64,000 bases of DNA. Source: Gammaproteobacteria bacterium. Lineage in GTDB: Bacteria; Pseudomonadota; Gammaproteobacteria; Tethybacterales; G965206325. Within the stretch, counting starts at the first letter, position 1. Each line of letters starts with the position of its first letter. Location of the stretch: the NCBI GenBank assembly GCA_965206325.1, contig OZ242208.1:104687-168686 (forward strand), in the 5' to 3' direction. A program made the translations under genes and the position numbers. This document shows positions 30,419-41,015 of this stretch, piece after piece. The notes under the pieces are model-generated. The model was not told where the DNA came from. It did no database searches and saw only the letters and a program-made list of their open reading frames with translations.

Positions 30419-31608
30419 TACTCCACGACCTTAGTTACGACTCCGGCGCCGACGGTTCGGCCGCCTTCGCGGATGGCGAAGCGCAGTCCTTCTTCCATCG
30501 CAATCGCATTAATCAACTCCGCCGCAATGGATACATTATCGCCCGGCATCACCATTTCCACTCCTTCGCCCAGATTTACCGCTCCGGTCACATCCGTCGT
30601 GCGAAAATAAAACTGCGGACGATATCCGGGAAAAAACGGCGTATGCCGTCCGCCCTCTTCCTTAGAAAGGACATAGATCTCCGCCTCAAACTTCGTATGC
30701 GGCGTAATGCTGCCCGGCTTGGACAGCACTTGCCCACGCTCGACTTCTTCCCGCTTCGTGCCGCGCAGCAGCACGCCAATATTATCGCCCGCCCGACCTT
30801 CATCCAGCAGCTTGCGAAACATCTCCACACCCGTGCATGTGGTCTTCTGCGTCGGCCGAATGCCCACAATCTCCACTTCCCCCCCCACCTTGACAATGCC
30901 ACGCTCGACACGACCCGTCACGACCGTGCCGCGACCGGATATCGTGAAAACATCCTCCACCGGCATCAAAAATGCGCCGTCAATCGCACGCTCCGGCTCC
31001 TCCAAATAACTATCCAAAGCCGCCGCCAACTTGGTGACAGAACCAATCCCCAACTCCGACTTGTCCCCCTCCAGCGCCTTCAGCGCCGAACCAATCACCA
31101 CCGGCGTCTCATCACCGGGAAACTCATACTTGTTCAGCAACTCGCGCACCTCCACTTCCACCAACTCCAGCAACTCGGCGTCATCCACCATGTCCGCCTT
31201 GTTCAAATACACGACAATCCGAGGCACCCCCACCTGCCGCGCCAGTAAAATATGCTCGCGCGTCTGCGGCATCGGACCATCCGCCGCACTCACCACTAAA
31301 ATCGCCGCATCCATCTGCGCCGCACCCGTGATCATGTTCTTTACATAATCCGCATGCCCCGGACAATCCACATGCGCATAGTGCCGACCCGCCGTCTCAT
31401 ACTCCACATGCGCCGTGTTAATCGTAATCCCGCGCGCCTTCTCCTCCGGGGCATTGTCAATCTGCTCATATGCGCGCGCCTCGCCACCATACTCCGCCGC
31501 CAACACCGCCGTCAACGCCGCCGTCAAAGTCGTCTTGCCATGATCAACATGACCAATCGTCCCTACATTCAAATGCGGCTTCGTCCGCTCAAATCTGCCC
31601 TTCGCCAT
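30418..31608 (-). CDS. tuf: Elongation factor Tu
   Basis: [35 protein letters not shown]. Confidence 0.99.
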   Translation of the reverse strand: MAKGRFERTKPHLNVGTIGHVDHGKTTLTAALTAVLAAEYGGEARAYEQIDNAPEEKARGITINTAHVEYETAGRHYAHVDCPGHADYVKNMITGAAQMDAAILVVSAADGPMPQTREHILLARQVGVPRIVVYLNKADMVDDAELLELVEVEVRELLNKYEFPGDETPVVIGSALKALEGDKSELGIGSVTKLAAALDSYLEEPERAIDGAFLMPVEDVFTISGRGTVVTGRVERGIVKVGGEVEIVGIRPTQKTTCTGVEMFRKLLDEGRAGDNIGVLLRGTKREEVERGQVLSKPGSITPHTKFEAEIYVLSKEEGGRHTPFFPGYRPQFYFRTTDVTGAVNLGEGVEMVMPGDNVSIAAELINAIAMEEGLRFAIREGGRTVGAGVVTKVVE

Positions 31609-31610
31609 GA

Positions 31611-33725
31611 TTACGCTCCTACTGCGGCGGCGACGCCGCCTGAAATAATTTCTTCCGCGACGCTGCGCGGCACTTCGGCGTAGCGGCGGAATTCCATCGT
31701 ATAAGTCGCCCGCCCCTGCGTCAGCGACCGCAATGTCGTGGAATAGCCGAACATCGCCGCCAGCGGAACATCCGCCCGAATCGCTTTCGCCCCCGCCGAC
31801 ATATCATCCATTCCCAAAATAGAGCCGCGACGCGAATTCAAATCGCCCATCACATCGCCCATTTTTTCTTCCGGCGTTTCCACTTCAACCGCCATCACCG
31901 GTTCCATCAGCACCGGATTCGCCTGCTTGATGCCGTCGCGGAACGCAATAGAGCCCGCCATTTTGAACGCCTGCTCGCTGGAATCCACTTCATGAAAAGA
32001 GCCGTCGTAAAGCGTGACTTTCACATCCACTATCGGATAGCCCGCCAGCACGCCGCTTTTCATCGTTTCCACGATGCCCTTCTGCACTGCCGGAATAAAT
32101 TCCTTCGGCACGACGCCGCCGCGAATGGCGTCCACAAATTCAAACCCCTCGCCGTTTTTGAGCGGCTCCAAACGCAGACGCACATGTCCGTATTGGCCGC
32201 GTCCGCCGGTTTGCTTGATGAATTTGCCTTCGCTTTTAACATCTTTTTTAATCGCCTCGCGATACGCCACTTGCGGCGCGCCGACATTCGCCGCTACATT
32301 AAATTCCCGCCGCATTCGGTCGACGATAATTTCCAAATGCAATTCGCCCATGCCGGAAATAATTGTCTGCCCGGATTCTTCGTCGCTGCGGACGCGAAAC
32401 GACGGATCCTCCTGAGCCAGCCGCCCCAGCGACAAGGACATTTTTTCTTGGTCGGCTTTGCTTTTCGGCTCTACGGCGACATGCATCACCGGATCCGGAA
32501 AATCCATCCGCTCCAAAATAATCGGCTTGTCCGGATTGCAGATGGTGTCGCCGGTTGTTACTAATTTCAGCCCGACGGCGGCGGCGATGTCGCCCGCCCG
32601 CACTTCTTTAATTTCTTCGCGGCTGTTGGCGTGCATTTGCAGAAGACGGCCGATTCGCTCCCGCCTTGATTTGGCGGTCGTCATCACTGAATCGCCCGAC
32701 TTAAGAACGCCCGAGTACGCCCGAAAAAACGCCAACTGCCCGACATATGGGTCGGTGGCGATTTTAAACACCAAAGCCGCAAACGGCGAATCATCCGCGG
32801 CGATTCGCTCCGCCGGCTTGCCCGCCGAATCGCTTCCTTTCACCGGCGGAACTTCCGACGGCGACGGCAAATAATGCACTACGGAATCCAGCATCGCCTG
32901 CACGCCTTTATTTTTGAAGGCGCTGCCGCACAGCATCGGCACAATTTCATTGGCGATGGTCCGAATTCGCAGGCCCCGCCGAATTTCTTCCACCGACAAA
33001 TTGCCGTCGTCGAGATATTTTTCAGTTAATTCTTCGTCGGCTTCGGCGGCGGATTCCACCATTTTTTCGCGCCATTTTTCGGCTTCGCTTTTTAATTCGG
33101 CGGGAATGTCGGTGAGTTGAAAACTCGTCCCCTGCGTTTCGTCGTCCCACAGAATCGCGCGCATATCCACTAAATCCACGATGCCGCGAAAAGAATCCTC
33201 CGCCCCTATCGGCAATTGAATCGGAATGGGATTGGATTTAAGGCGATGCCGAATTTGCTCATAAACCTTAAAAAAATCCGCGCCGACGCGATCCATCTTA
33301 TTAATAAAAGCGAGGCGGGGAACGCCGTATTTGTTCGCCTGCCGCCACACCGTTTCCGACTGCGGCTGCACTCCCCCGACCGAGCAGAAAACCGCGCACG
33401 CGCCGTCTAAAACCCGAAGCGATCGCTCCACTTCAATCGTAAAATCCACATGCCCCGGCGTGTCAATAATGTTAATGCGATGCTCCGGCAAAGCGCGATC
33501 CATCCCTTTCCAAAAGCAGGTGGTCGCCGCCGAAGTAATCGTAATGCCGCGCTCCTGCTCCTGAGCCATCCAGTCCATCACCGCCGTGCCTTCATGCACT
33601 TCGCCCAATTTGTGGGAGATGCCGGTGTAGAACAAAATGCGCTCGGTCGTCGTCGTCTTGCCCGCGTCAATGTGGGCGATGATGCCGATGTTGCGGTAGC
33701 GCGAAATGAGGGCTTGGGGGGACAT
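31611..33725 (-). CDS. fusA: Elongation factor G
   Basis: [31 protein letters not shown]. Confidence 0.99.
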   Translation of the reverse strand: MSPQALISRYRNIGIIAHIDAGKTTTTERILFYTGISHKLGEVHEGTAVMDWMAQEQERGITITSAATTCFWKGMDRALPEHRINIIDTPGHVDFTIEVERSLRVLDGACAVFCSVGGVQPQSETVWRQANKYGVPRLAFINKMDRVGADFFKVYEQIRHRLKSNPIPIQLPIGAEDSFRGIVDLVDMRAILWDDETQGTSFQLTDIPAELKSEAEKWREKMVESAAEADEELTEKYLDDGNLSVEEIRRGLRIRTIANEIVPMLCGSAFKNKGVQAMLDSVVHYLPSPSEVPPVKGSDSAGKPAERIAADDSPFAALVFKIATDPYVGQLAFFRAYSGVLKSGDSVMTTAKSRRERIGRLLQMHANSREEIKEVRAGDIAAAVGLKLVTTGDTICNPDKPIILERMDFPDPVMHVAVEPKSKADQEKMSLSLGRLAQEDPSFRVRSDEESGQTIISGMGELHLEIIVDRMRREFNVAANVGAPQVAYREAIKKDVKSEGKFIKQTGGRGQYGHVRLRLEPLKNGEGFEFVDAIRGGVVPKEFIPAVQKGIVETMKSGVLAGYPIVDVKVTLYDGSFHEVDSSEQAFKMAGSIAFRDGIKQANPVLMEPVMAVEVETPEEKMGDVMGDLNSRRGSILGMDDMSAGAKAIRADVPLAAMFGYSTTLRSLTQGRATYTMEFRRYAEVPRSVAEEIISGGVAAAVGA

Positions 33726-33731
33726 GGCAAT

Positions 33732-34202
33732 TTAAAATCGGAAGTGGGAAAAGGCCTTGTTGGCGGCGGCCATGCGATGAACATCCTCGCGCTTTTTTAC
33801 GGCGATCCCGCGCCCTTCGGCGGCTTCCGCCAATTCGCGGGCGAGCCGGCGGGCGGTGGATTTTTCCGAGCCTTTGCGCATAGCATCGCGCAGCCAGCGC
33901 ATCGCCAGTGCGACTCCCCGCTCCGACCGAACTTCCACCGGCACTTGATAATTCGCTCCCCCGACGCGTCGGCTTTTAACTTCAACCTGCGGGCGCACCC
34001 GTTCAATTGCTTCCGCCAGCGCTTCCGGCGGATTCTTTCCGGTGCGCCGCTCCACCTCGGTAAGCGCGCCGTAGAGAATGCGCTCCGCCACCGACTTCTT
34101 GCCGTTCTTCATAATCACATTAACGAATTTGGCGACATCCCGACTGCCGTAGCGGGCGTCGGGAATAATGTCGCGCTTCGGAACTTCGCGGCGGCGGGGC
34201 AT
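33732..34202 (-). CDS. rpsG: 30S ribosomal protein S7
   Basis: [26 protein letters not shown]. Confidence 0.98.
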   Translation of the reverse strand: MPRRREVPKRDIIPDARYGSRDVAKFVNVIMKNGKKSVAERILYGALTEVERRTGKNPPEALAEAIERVRPQVEVKSRRVGGANYQVPVEVRSERGVALAMRWLRDAMRKGSEKSTARRLARELAEAAEGRGIAVKKREDVHRMAAANKAFSHFRF

Positions 34203-34206
34203 GGCG

Positions 34207-34584
34207 CTAATTCTTCTTGGGACGCTTCGCCCCGTATTTGGAGCGGCCCTGCCGACGACCCTCAACGCCCGAAGTATCCAAAGAGCCGCGAACAGTGTGA
34301 TACCGAACTCCCGGCAAATCCTTAACCCGCCCCCCGCGAATCAGCACGACCGAATGCTCCTGCAGATTATGCCCCTCGCCGCCGATGTAAGTGGTGACTT
34401 CAAACCCATTCGTCAGCCGCACCCGCGCCGCTTTGCGCAGGGCGGAATTGGGCTTCTTCGGCGTCGTCGTATAAACGCGCAGGCAAACGCCCCGCTTCTG
34501 CGGACACCCTTCCAGCGCCGGCGACGCGGTTTTATACCGCTTCGGACGGCGCGGATTTCGCACCAATTGATTAACCGTAGGCAT
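34207..34584 (-). CDS. rpsL: 30S ribosomal protein S12
   Basis: [27 protein letters not shown]. Confidence 0.99.
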   Translation of the reverse strand: MPTVNQLVRNPRRPKRYKTASPALEGCPQKRGVCLRVYTTTPKKPNSALRKAARVRLTNGFEVTTYIGGEGHNLQEHSVVLIRGGRVKDLPGVRYHTVRGSLDTSGVEGRRQGRSKYGAKRPKKN

Positions 34585-34694
34585 CTTTCACTTTCGCTTT
34601 TCGCCGACAGCCGCGCAAAAAATACCCCCTTTCGGGGGCGAAAAAATTACGCGGACAAATTCGTCCGCGCCGCGTTTTTCGGCAAAGGCGGAAG

Positions 34695-34723
34695 ATTATA
34701 ATAGCGAAATTCGCCGCTGTCAA
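34695..34723 (-). promoter_or_regulatory. Consensus sigma70 promoter of the ribosomal superoperon
   Basis: TTGACA (34723-34718), 17-nt spacer, TATAAT (34700-34695) upstream of rpsL. Confidence 0.85.
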
Positions 34724-34744
34724 CATTTTTTTTCACTTTTATTT

Positions 34745-35308
34745 TTACCCCTGCTGTTGGGAAAAATTAACGATTCGCGCCAGATGCCGCTCAAAGCCGA
34801 CAAAGCCGTGGTCGCCGCCTTCTTCAATAATTTGCGCCGCGCCTTTGTAATACGCGGCGGCTTCCCGATAATCCAGCGTTTCGTCGCCCATTTGCGCCAG
34901 CAAAAGAATTCGCGCCGTGCAGGTCGGCTTGACAATTTCCATCGTCCGCAATTCAGCGAGATGCGATTCGGTGAATTGATAAGAGTCGCCGGTGTGAAAA
35001 TTCCGCTGCTCCGCGCCGACGAATTCCGCTAATTTATCCGCGACGCGAACCGCCGGATTAATTAAAACCGCGCGCACTTTCGGATGATTCTCGCAGAACC
35101 AAGTTGCGTAGTAGCCGCCCAGCGAACTCCCGACCAAAACACGCGCGCCCGATTTAAGCAGCGACTCAATCTCCGCCTTCGCCCGAAGCGGACGATGATG
35201 CAGTGCCGGCGCGACAAAGGAAATTTTTCGCTCCGCGCAGTAAGCCGCCAAAATCCGACCCTTGCCGGAAAGCGGCGAACTGTTGAATCCATGAAGATAA
35301 ACAATCAT
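34745..35308 (-). CDS. yqiA: YqiA/UPF0227 family esterase
   Basis: YLHGFNSSP, GSSLGGYYA, INPAV, DETLDY, GGDHGF. Confidence 0.9.
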   Translation of the reverse strand: MIVYLHGFNSSPLSGKGRILAAYCAERKISFVAPALHHRPLRAKAEIESLLKSGARVLVGSSLGGYYATWFCENHPKVRAVLINPAVRVADKLAEFVGAEQRNFHTGDSYQFTESHLAELRTMEIVKPTCTARILLLAQMGDETLDYREAAAYYKGAAQIIEEGGDHGFVGFERHLARIVNFSQQQG

Positions 35309-36108
35309 AGCCCCGCGAGATGATTCGCCAACTCCGCAAATTCGCCGACCGAAAGCGTCTCCGCCCGACGCGATAAATCCAGCGGCGAATCCGCCAATCG
35401 TCCGCCGTAATCAGAAAGCGCATTCGCCAGTGTTTTGCGACGCTTGCCGAAAGCGCGGCGCAGCACATCGTCAAAAATCGGCGGCGCGAAAATTTTCAGC
35501 GGCGATTTTCGCGGCGTCATTTTAACCACCGCCGACCGCACTTTCGGACGCGGAAAAAACGCCCCCGGCTCGGCGGTAAAAAGCATTCGCACATTAAAAA
35601 TTCGCTGGACGGCGACCGAAAGCCGTCCGTATTCGCGTCCGCCCGGTGCGGCGGCGAGACGCTTGGCCACTTCCAACTGCACCATCACATGCGCGTCTTT
35701 GAGCCGCCCCGAATTCGCCGAAGCCTCCGCCAGCGATAAAATTAAATCCGCCGAAATGTTATACGGCAGATTGCCGACCGCGCGAAATTCGCCCGCAACG
35801 GCGGCATTAAAATCCATCTTGGCGGCGTCGCTTTCTATAATTTGAATCGGCGAATCCGCGAAGCGATTCCGCAGGGCGGCGGCGAGATCGCGATCAATTT
35901 CAACGGCGAAAATTCGCGCTCCGGCGGCGAGTAAAGGCGCGGTTAAGGCGCCGTCGCCGGGGCCGATTTCCACAATTAATTCATTCTCCTGCGGCGAAAC
36001 GGCGTCCGCAATTCTTTGGGCGATTTCCGGCGCGCGCAGAAAATGCTGCCCGAATCGCTTGCGCGGACGATGCTTTTTTTCGCCGTCAATTTTTTTCAGC
36101 GCGGGCAT
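35305..36108 (-). CDS. rsmA: 16S rRNA dimethyladenosine transferase
   Basis: RKRFGQHFL, EIGPGDG, EIDRDL, NLPYNIS, YGRLSV. Confidence 0.96.
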   Translation of the reverse strand: MPALKKIDGEKKHRPRKRFGQHFLRAPEIAQRIADAVSPQENELIVEIGPGDGALTAPLLAAGARIFAVEIDRDLAAALRNRFADSPIQIIESDAAKMDFNAAVAGEFRAVGNLPYNISADLILSLAEASANSGRLKDAHVMVQLEVAKRLAAAPGGREYGRLSVAVQRIFNVRMLFTAEPGAFFPRPKVRSAVVKMTPRKSPLKIFAPPIFDDVLRRAFGKRRKTLANALSDYGGRLADSPLDLSRRAETLSVGEFAELANHLAGL

Positions 36109-37114
36109 TTTCGGCTTTTTCGGCCAATTCAATAGCGGCGGAAAGAGCGGAATCGCTTGCGCCGCCGCCGCCCGCCAAATCCAAAGCGACTCCGTGTCCG
36201 GGCGCGACCCGCAAAAAGGGCAGTCCCAAAGTGGCGTTTATCGCGCGATGAAATTCAGCGTATTTAATTACCGGCAATCCTTGGTCGTGAAACATCGCCA
36301 AGACGCAGTCGGATTCGGCGGTGAAAATAGTATCGGCGGAAAAAGGACCGGCGGCGTTTACGCCTTGTTTTCGCGCGACTGCAATGGCGGGGGAAATAAT
36401 TGCCGATTCTTCGTCGCCCAAAAATCCTTCTTCGCCCGCATGCGGATTAAGTCCGGCGACAAGAATTTTCGGAAACCTCGCGCCGATGCTTTGCGTCTTC
36501 AACTCGTCGGCGGAATTTGAATAAAAATAGCGGCGCAAGCCCGAATCCAGAATCCTTAAAATTTCCGCGATGGATTCCGCCGAAATCGATTCCGCCACTT
36601 TCGCCAGCGGCAGATGAGTCGTCGCCAACGCGACCCGCATTTTAGAATTAGCCAGCAGCATCACGCCGCGGGAAACTCCGGCAAGTTCGGCGAAAAATTC
36701 AGTCTGACCGGCGAATTCGCCGAGCCCGCGAATCATCGTCGCCTTGTGAATCGGCGAAGTGACGACGGCGGAAAATCGTCCGTCCAATGCGCCTTTTCCG
36801 GCGCGAGTCAATTGCTCCAAAATGTGCGGCGCATTTTTTGCCGATAAATTGCCGGGCGCGATTTTTTCCGCCGCCGCGCAATGCCAGATAGAATCAGCGG
36901 CGGATTCAACATCAGAGACGACGGACTCGTAATCGGAAAACGCAAACGGAATGCCCAGCGATTCAGCGCGATTTTTCAGTAAATCGCGGTCGCCGATTAA
37001 AACGCGGCGCGGGGATTCGGCGGGGCGATTCTTTCCCAAAACGCGCAGGCACAATTCAGGGCCGACGCCGCCCGGCTCGCCGACGGTCAGCGCGATGGGT
37101 GCGGAGCGAATCAA
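36086..37114 (-). CDS. pdxA: 4-hydroxythreonine-4-phosphate dehydrogenase
   Basis: GEPGGVGPE, TTHLPL, GLNPHAGE, MFHDQGL; TTG start overlaps the surA stop. Confidence 0.93.
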   Translation of the reverse strand: MIRSAPIALTVGEPGGVGPELCLRVLGKNRPAESPRRVLIGDRDLLKNRAESLGIPFAFSDYESVVSDVESAADSIWHCAAAEKIAPGNLSAKNAPHILEQLTRAGKGALDGRFSAVVTSPIHKATMIRGLGEFAGQTEFFAELAGVSRGVMLLANSKMRVALATTHLPLAKVAESISAESIAEILRILDSGLRRYFYSNSADELKTQSIGARFPKILVAGLNPHAGEEGFLGDEESAIISPAIAVARKQGVNAAGPFSADTIFTAESDCVLAMFHDQGLPVIKYAEFHRAINATLGLPFLRVAPGHGVALDLAGGGGASDSALSAAIELAEKAENARAEKN

Positions 37115-38379
37115 AATTCCGGCGCCTGCCGCAATTCTATGTATGCTTCGCCCCGCAGTCGGCGAAGCCATTGCGCGCGCGCGTCAAACGCCCGCCTTTC
37201 GCGCAAAGCGGAAATAGCGCGCCGTCTTTCGGTTTCCGCGTCGGCGGCTTCAATCCCGATAACCTGCAGAATATGCCAGCCGAAATCCGACCGCACCGGC
37301 TCGCTGAGTTTGCCCTCCGGCAGCGACGCCACTGCGGTTTCCAATTCATCCAGCAATTGTCCGGGCAGCGACCATCCCAAATCACCGCCCGCACTTGCCG
37401 TTGCTGTGTCGACCGACATTTCGGCGGCGACGGCGGCGAAGGATTCTCCGTCCTCAATTCGTTTTTTTGCCGCTTCCGCCTGCGCCCGCGAATTTTCGCC
37501 GGTCAGCAGAATATGACGCACGCGGCGGCGCGCAGTCGCGGTTGATTTTTCGCCCTGCCGACGCCCCTCTAATTTAAGAATATGAAAGCCGTTGCCGCCC
37601 TCCAAGACGCGGCCGACTTCGCCTTCGCGCAGATTCTGCAATTCCTCCACAAAAAGCGAAGGCAGCGAATCCGTCCGACGCCAGCCAATTTCGCCGCCGT
37701 CCAGCGCGCTTTCTCCGTCCGAATTGGCGACGGCAAGTTGCGCGAAATCGCCGTCGCTGGCGGCTTCCGTCCGCACTTTTTCCGCGAGGGCGCGACGCTC
37801 CGAAACGGCGGCGACATCCGCCCCTTCGGGAATCGCAATCAAAATATGCAGCGCGAGAATTTCATCGTCGGCGTCGCGGCGGGCGCGCAGAAAATCGTCC
37901 ACTTCCGCCGGCGGAATGTATATCTGCAGAAAAACTTCGCGCCGCAGCGCGCCTTGAATCAGCAAATCGTCGCGAATATCCCGGCGAAAATTAACAAAAT
38001 CCACCTGTAAATTCTGCACTATCGCATCTTGAAAATCCGACGGATTCATTCCTCTTTCGGCGGCGGCGCGCGCGATATGCTCGTTAATGTCCTCCTCGCT
38101 AATTTGAAGGCCCAAAGCGTCGGCGCGCTGCAATTGCAGGCGGCGATTAATTAATGCATCCAAAACGCGGGGGCGCAAAATTTCCCGCGACGGCACAGCC
38201 GCCCCGCGGCCGGCGAGATCGGATTCCACTTCATCAATTTCGCCGGTCACTTCCAAATCCGTAATCACATCGTGATTGACCACGGCGGCGATTCGGTCCA
38301 GCACTTCGGCGGACGCAAGCGCGAAAAAAAACAGCGCCGCCGGCAGCGGCAACAAAAATCGGACGAGAAGCGGTGGCAT
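37111..38379 (-). CDS. surA: Periplasmic chaperone/PPIase SurA
   Basis: Signal peptide, DRIAAVVN, two parvulin domains (HILI...GGEIGW...GFHILK; HILL...GGDLGW...GWHIL). Confidence 0.93.
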   Translation of the reverse strand: MPPLLVRFLLPLPAALFFFALASAEVLDRIAAVVNHDVITDLEVTGEIDEVESDLAGRGAAVPSREILRPRVLDALINRRLQLQRADALGLQISEEDINEHIARAAAERGMNPSDFQDAIVQNLQVDFVNFRRDIRDDLLIQGALRREVFLQIYIPPAEVDDFLRARRDADDEILALHILIAIPEGADVAAVSERRALAEKVRTEAASDGDFAQLAVANSDGESALDGGEIGWRRTDSLPSLFVEELQNLREGEVGRVLEGGNGFHILKLEGRRQGEKSTATARRRVRHILLTGENSRAQAEAAKKRIEDGESFAAVAAEMSVDTATASAGGDLGWSLPGQLLDELETAVASLPEGKLSEPVRSDFGWHILQVIGIEAADAETERRRAISALRERRAFDARAQWLRRLRGEAYIELRQAPEF

Positions 38380-38444
38380 CGGCAAAAATCGCAGAGTGAA
38401 ATTTATTTGATTTTATCACGCCGCCGCGTGATATAATTTCCTTT

Positions 38445-38765
38445 ATGGATATTCGCGCCAAAATCTACGAACAGGTCACCAATAACGCCGTCGTCCTTTA
38501 TATGAAGGGGCGGCCGCAATTTCCCCAGTGCGGATTTAGCGCGCAGGCGGTGGAAATCCTTAAGCGCTGCGGCGCGGCTAAATTCCTCCCCGTTGATGTC
38601 CTCGCCGACCCGGAAATCCGTCAGGGCGTCAAGGAATACGCCGAATGGCCCACCGTTCCCCAATTGTATATCAGCGGCGAATTCGTCGGCGGGGCCGACA
38701 TCATGCGCGAAATGTTTGAATCCGGCGAACTCCAAAAAATGATCCCGCCCGAAGCGCAGGCATAA
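38445..38765 (+). CDS. grxD: Monothiol glutaredoxin Grx4
   Basis: PQCGFS, WPTVPQLY, GGADI; TGaTATAAT 7 nt upstream. Confidence 0.96.
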   Translation: MDIRAKIYEQVTNNAVVLYMKGRPQFPQCGFSAQAVEILKRCGAAKFLPVDVLADPEIRQGVKEYAEWPTVPQLYISGEFVGGADIMREMFESGELQKMIPPEAQA

Positions 38766-38885
38766 AAATCCCACGCCTTTTGGCTCCGATGCCCGGCGTC
38801 CACGCGCACTGCCGCAATGCTCCCGCGCCCCGAAATCCGGCGGCGAAATAAATTTGCCGTCAGAATTAAACAACTTCCGCCTGCG

Positions 38886-38903
38886 AAAAAAGTTAACTTT
38901 TTT
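38886..38903. promoter_or_regulatory. 18-bp perfect palindrome upstream of the adhesin (candidate operator)
   Basis: AAAAAAGTTAACTTTTTT in the intergenic region about 70 nt before the start codon. Confidence 0.35.
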
Positions 38904-38974
38904 TCCTTAATTCGGCAAAAATCGCCGAAAAAATGTGATAAACTTCCTTTTCCAATTTTATCGGAGACCCCACA

Positions 38975-40999
38975 ATGGAACATCACATTGCCCAAAGCAG
39001 CCCCATTTCCCCGCGCCAGAAGGGGATGGATGGCTCGCGCCAAGTCCGCTTATACGGCGTTTACGATGCCTTTGCGGGCGCGCGCTCTTTAATTAGCAGA
39101 CGCCTTTGCGCGCTGATTACGGCGATCGGCATCGCCGTCTTGACCATCTCCTCGTCCGCTTGGGCGACCCACACTCCTATCCCCGACCCCGTGAACGTCG
39201 GCATGTTCCTCGACGTCGACGATGTCACCAGCAATGAGATCGCGGAAGGCGCTGTCCACACCGAGGAGATCGGCGACGGCGAAGTCGGGAATGCCGATTT
39301 AGGCCCCGATGCCGTCACTTCCGATAAAATCCTTGACGGTACAATCACTGGCCACACTGACCCCGCCACTCCCGGCGACCCCGCCATTCTCGGCGACATT
39401 GCTCCCAACTCGATCCAGGAAGAGGACATCGCCCCCGACGCAGTCACTAACTCCGAACTCGCCCCCAATGCCGTCGAGGAGGAAAATATCGGAGTGCAAG
39501 TGGTTTGCGGCTCAGGCGACCTTAATGCCGATTGTGATGGTTCGGGCAATCCGAAAACGCACATCAAGCCGGGCACCATCGGCACCGCCGATATAGCCGA
39601 CGGCGGAGTCGTTGGCGACGCTGGCCCCGGTACCAGCGACATTGCTCCCGGCTCGATCGGGTCGGCCGATATAGCCGACGGTTCCATCAATGGCGGCACT
39701 GACCCCACGATTCCCAGCGACATTGCTCCCGGCACGATCGGGTCGGTCGATTTAGCCACCGGCGCAGTCGGTAACGACGAACTCGCTGAAGTTTCTAGTG
39801 CGGGAGATGACGGCGCCGTTAACACCAACAACATCAATACCGATGCCGTCAATTCCCGCACAATCGCTAGAGGGGCGATTTGCGGCTCAGGCGACGATGC
39901 TGCCGATTGTCAGGGTTCGGGCGGTGCGAGTGAGAAAGCGCACATCAGGGCGGGCACCATCGGCGGTGCCGATTTAGCCGCCGACACCGTCACTACCGAC
40001 AAACTCGCTGAATATGATACCACTACGGGAACGGGCGGTGCCGTTAGCAACAACAACATCAATGACGGAGTCGTCGATTCCCGCACAATTGGGGACGGCG
40101 AAGTCACTAGCGCCGACCTCGAGGTAGTTGATCCCAGTGGAAATGGCGGTGCCGTTGACACCGGCAACATCGTTAACGATGCCGTCACTACCGAAAAACT
40201 CGCTGAATATGATACCACTACGGGAATGGGCGGTGCCGTTAGCAACAACAACATCAACACCAATGTCATCGATTCCCGCACAATTGCTACCGACACGATC
40301 AGACACGAGGACATCGCTGATAATGCAGTCCGTACCGAAGAAATTGCTAACGGCGCAGTCGAAACGGAGGATTTAGCCAACAATGCCGTCGATTCCCGCA
40401 CACTCGGAACGGGAGTGGTTTGCGGCTCAGAAAATAATGGCGATTGTGATGAAGCAGGAACCGGTCCGAGAACGCACATCAGGGCACAATCTATCGGCAC
40501 CAACGATTTAAAACAAGTTGATACCGAAGGGCAACAGGTGGGGCGAAACGGTGCCGTCAATGAAAACAACATCAATGACAACGCCGTCACTGGCCGTAAA
40601 ATTCGCGATGGTTCTATCACTTCGACCAAAATTGGGAACAGACAGGTGATGGAGGATCACATTGCCAATCGTCAGGTGATCGGGCGTCACATTGATGATG
40701 GCGCCATTAGTCGGCGGCATTTGGGCCCAGATATCGAGAATATATTTCGGCGCATTGAAGGCGATATTGATCGTCTTGACGAAGGCATAGCGATGTCGCA
40801 TGCGATATCCATGATAAAAGTTCCGGAGGGAAAAGAGTTTGGCATTTCTTTCGCCGGAGGTTTTTATCAGGACAAGCAGGCGGCGGCGATTGGCGTTGGA
40901 TTTCGTCCGTCGGATGGGTTATTGTTATCGGCGGGCGCTTCTTACGGTTTTGATTCCGAGGAAATCGGCGGCGCCGTATCCATTAATTTCGGCTTTTGA
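38975..40999 (+). CDS. Trimeric autotransporter adhesin (YadA-anchor) with acidic repeat passenger
   Basis: Extended signal peptide ending SAWA; repeats like I.DGAVT..KI; coiled coil; anchor GIAMSHA...GGFYQDKQAAAIGVGF...AVSINFGF. Confidence 0.85.
   Translation: MEHHIAQSSPISPRQKGMDGSRQVRLYGVYDAFAGARSLISRRLCALITAIGIAVLTISSSAWATHTPIPDPVNVGMFLDVDDVTSNEIAEGAVHTEEIGDGEVGNADLGPDAVTSDKILDGTITGHTDPATPGDPAILGDIAPNSIQEEDIAPDAVTNSELAPNAVEEENIGVQVVCGSGDLNADCDGSGNPKTHIKPGTIGTADIADGGVVGDAGPGTSDIAPGSIGSADIADGSINGGTDPTIPSDIAPGTIGSVDLATGAVGNDELAEVSSAGDDGAVNTNNINTDAVNSRTIARGAICGSGDDAADCQGSGGASEKAHIRAGTIGGADLAADTVTTDKLAEYDTTTGTGGAVSNNNINDGVVDSRTIGDGEVTSADLEVVDPSGNGGAVDTGNIVNDAVTTEKLAEYDTTTGMGGAVSNNNINTNVIDSRTIATDTIRHEDIADNAVRTEEIANGAVETEDLANNAVDSRTLGTGVVCGSENNGDCDEAGTGPRTHIRAQSIGTNDLKQVDTEGQQVGRNGAVNENNINDNAVTGRKIRDGSITSTKIGNRQVMEDHIANRQVIGRHIDDGAISRRHLGPDIENIFRRIEGDIDRLDEGIAMSHAISMIKVPEGKEFGISFAGGFYQDKQAAAIGVGFRPSDGLLLSAGASYGFDSEEIGGAVSINFGF
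39987..40257 (+). repeat. Intragenic 76-bp direct repeat (39987-40062 / 40182-40257)
   Basis: 2 mismatches, 195-nt in-frame offset; encodes VTT(D/E)KLAEYDTTTG(T/M)GGAVSNNNIN. Confidence 0.85.
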
Positions 41000-41015
41000 C
41001 TCCGAAAAAATTGCG

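Noticed and set aside
34207-34584. Streptomycin-resistance alleles in rpsL
   Set aside because: PKKPNS and RVKDLPG motifs are wild type.
39061-40629. Adhesin repeats as a CRISPR array or DGR template/variable repeat; antisense ORFs 39061-39861 and 39910-40629
   Set aside because: Repeats are in-frame coding duplications without regular spacers; only two mismatches and no consistent adenine-specific pattern; no cas or reverse transcriptase gene; the antisense ORFs mirror the repeat codons.
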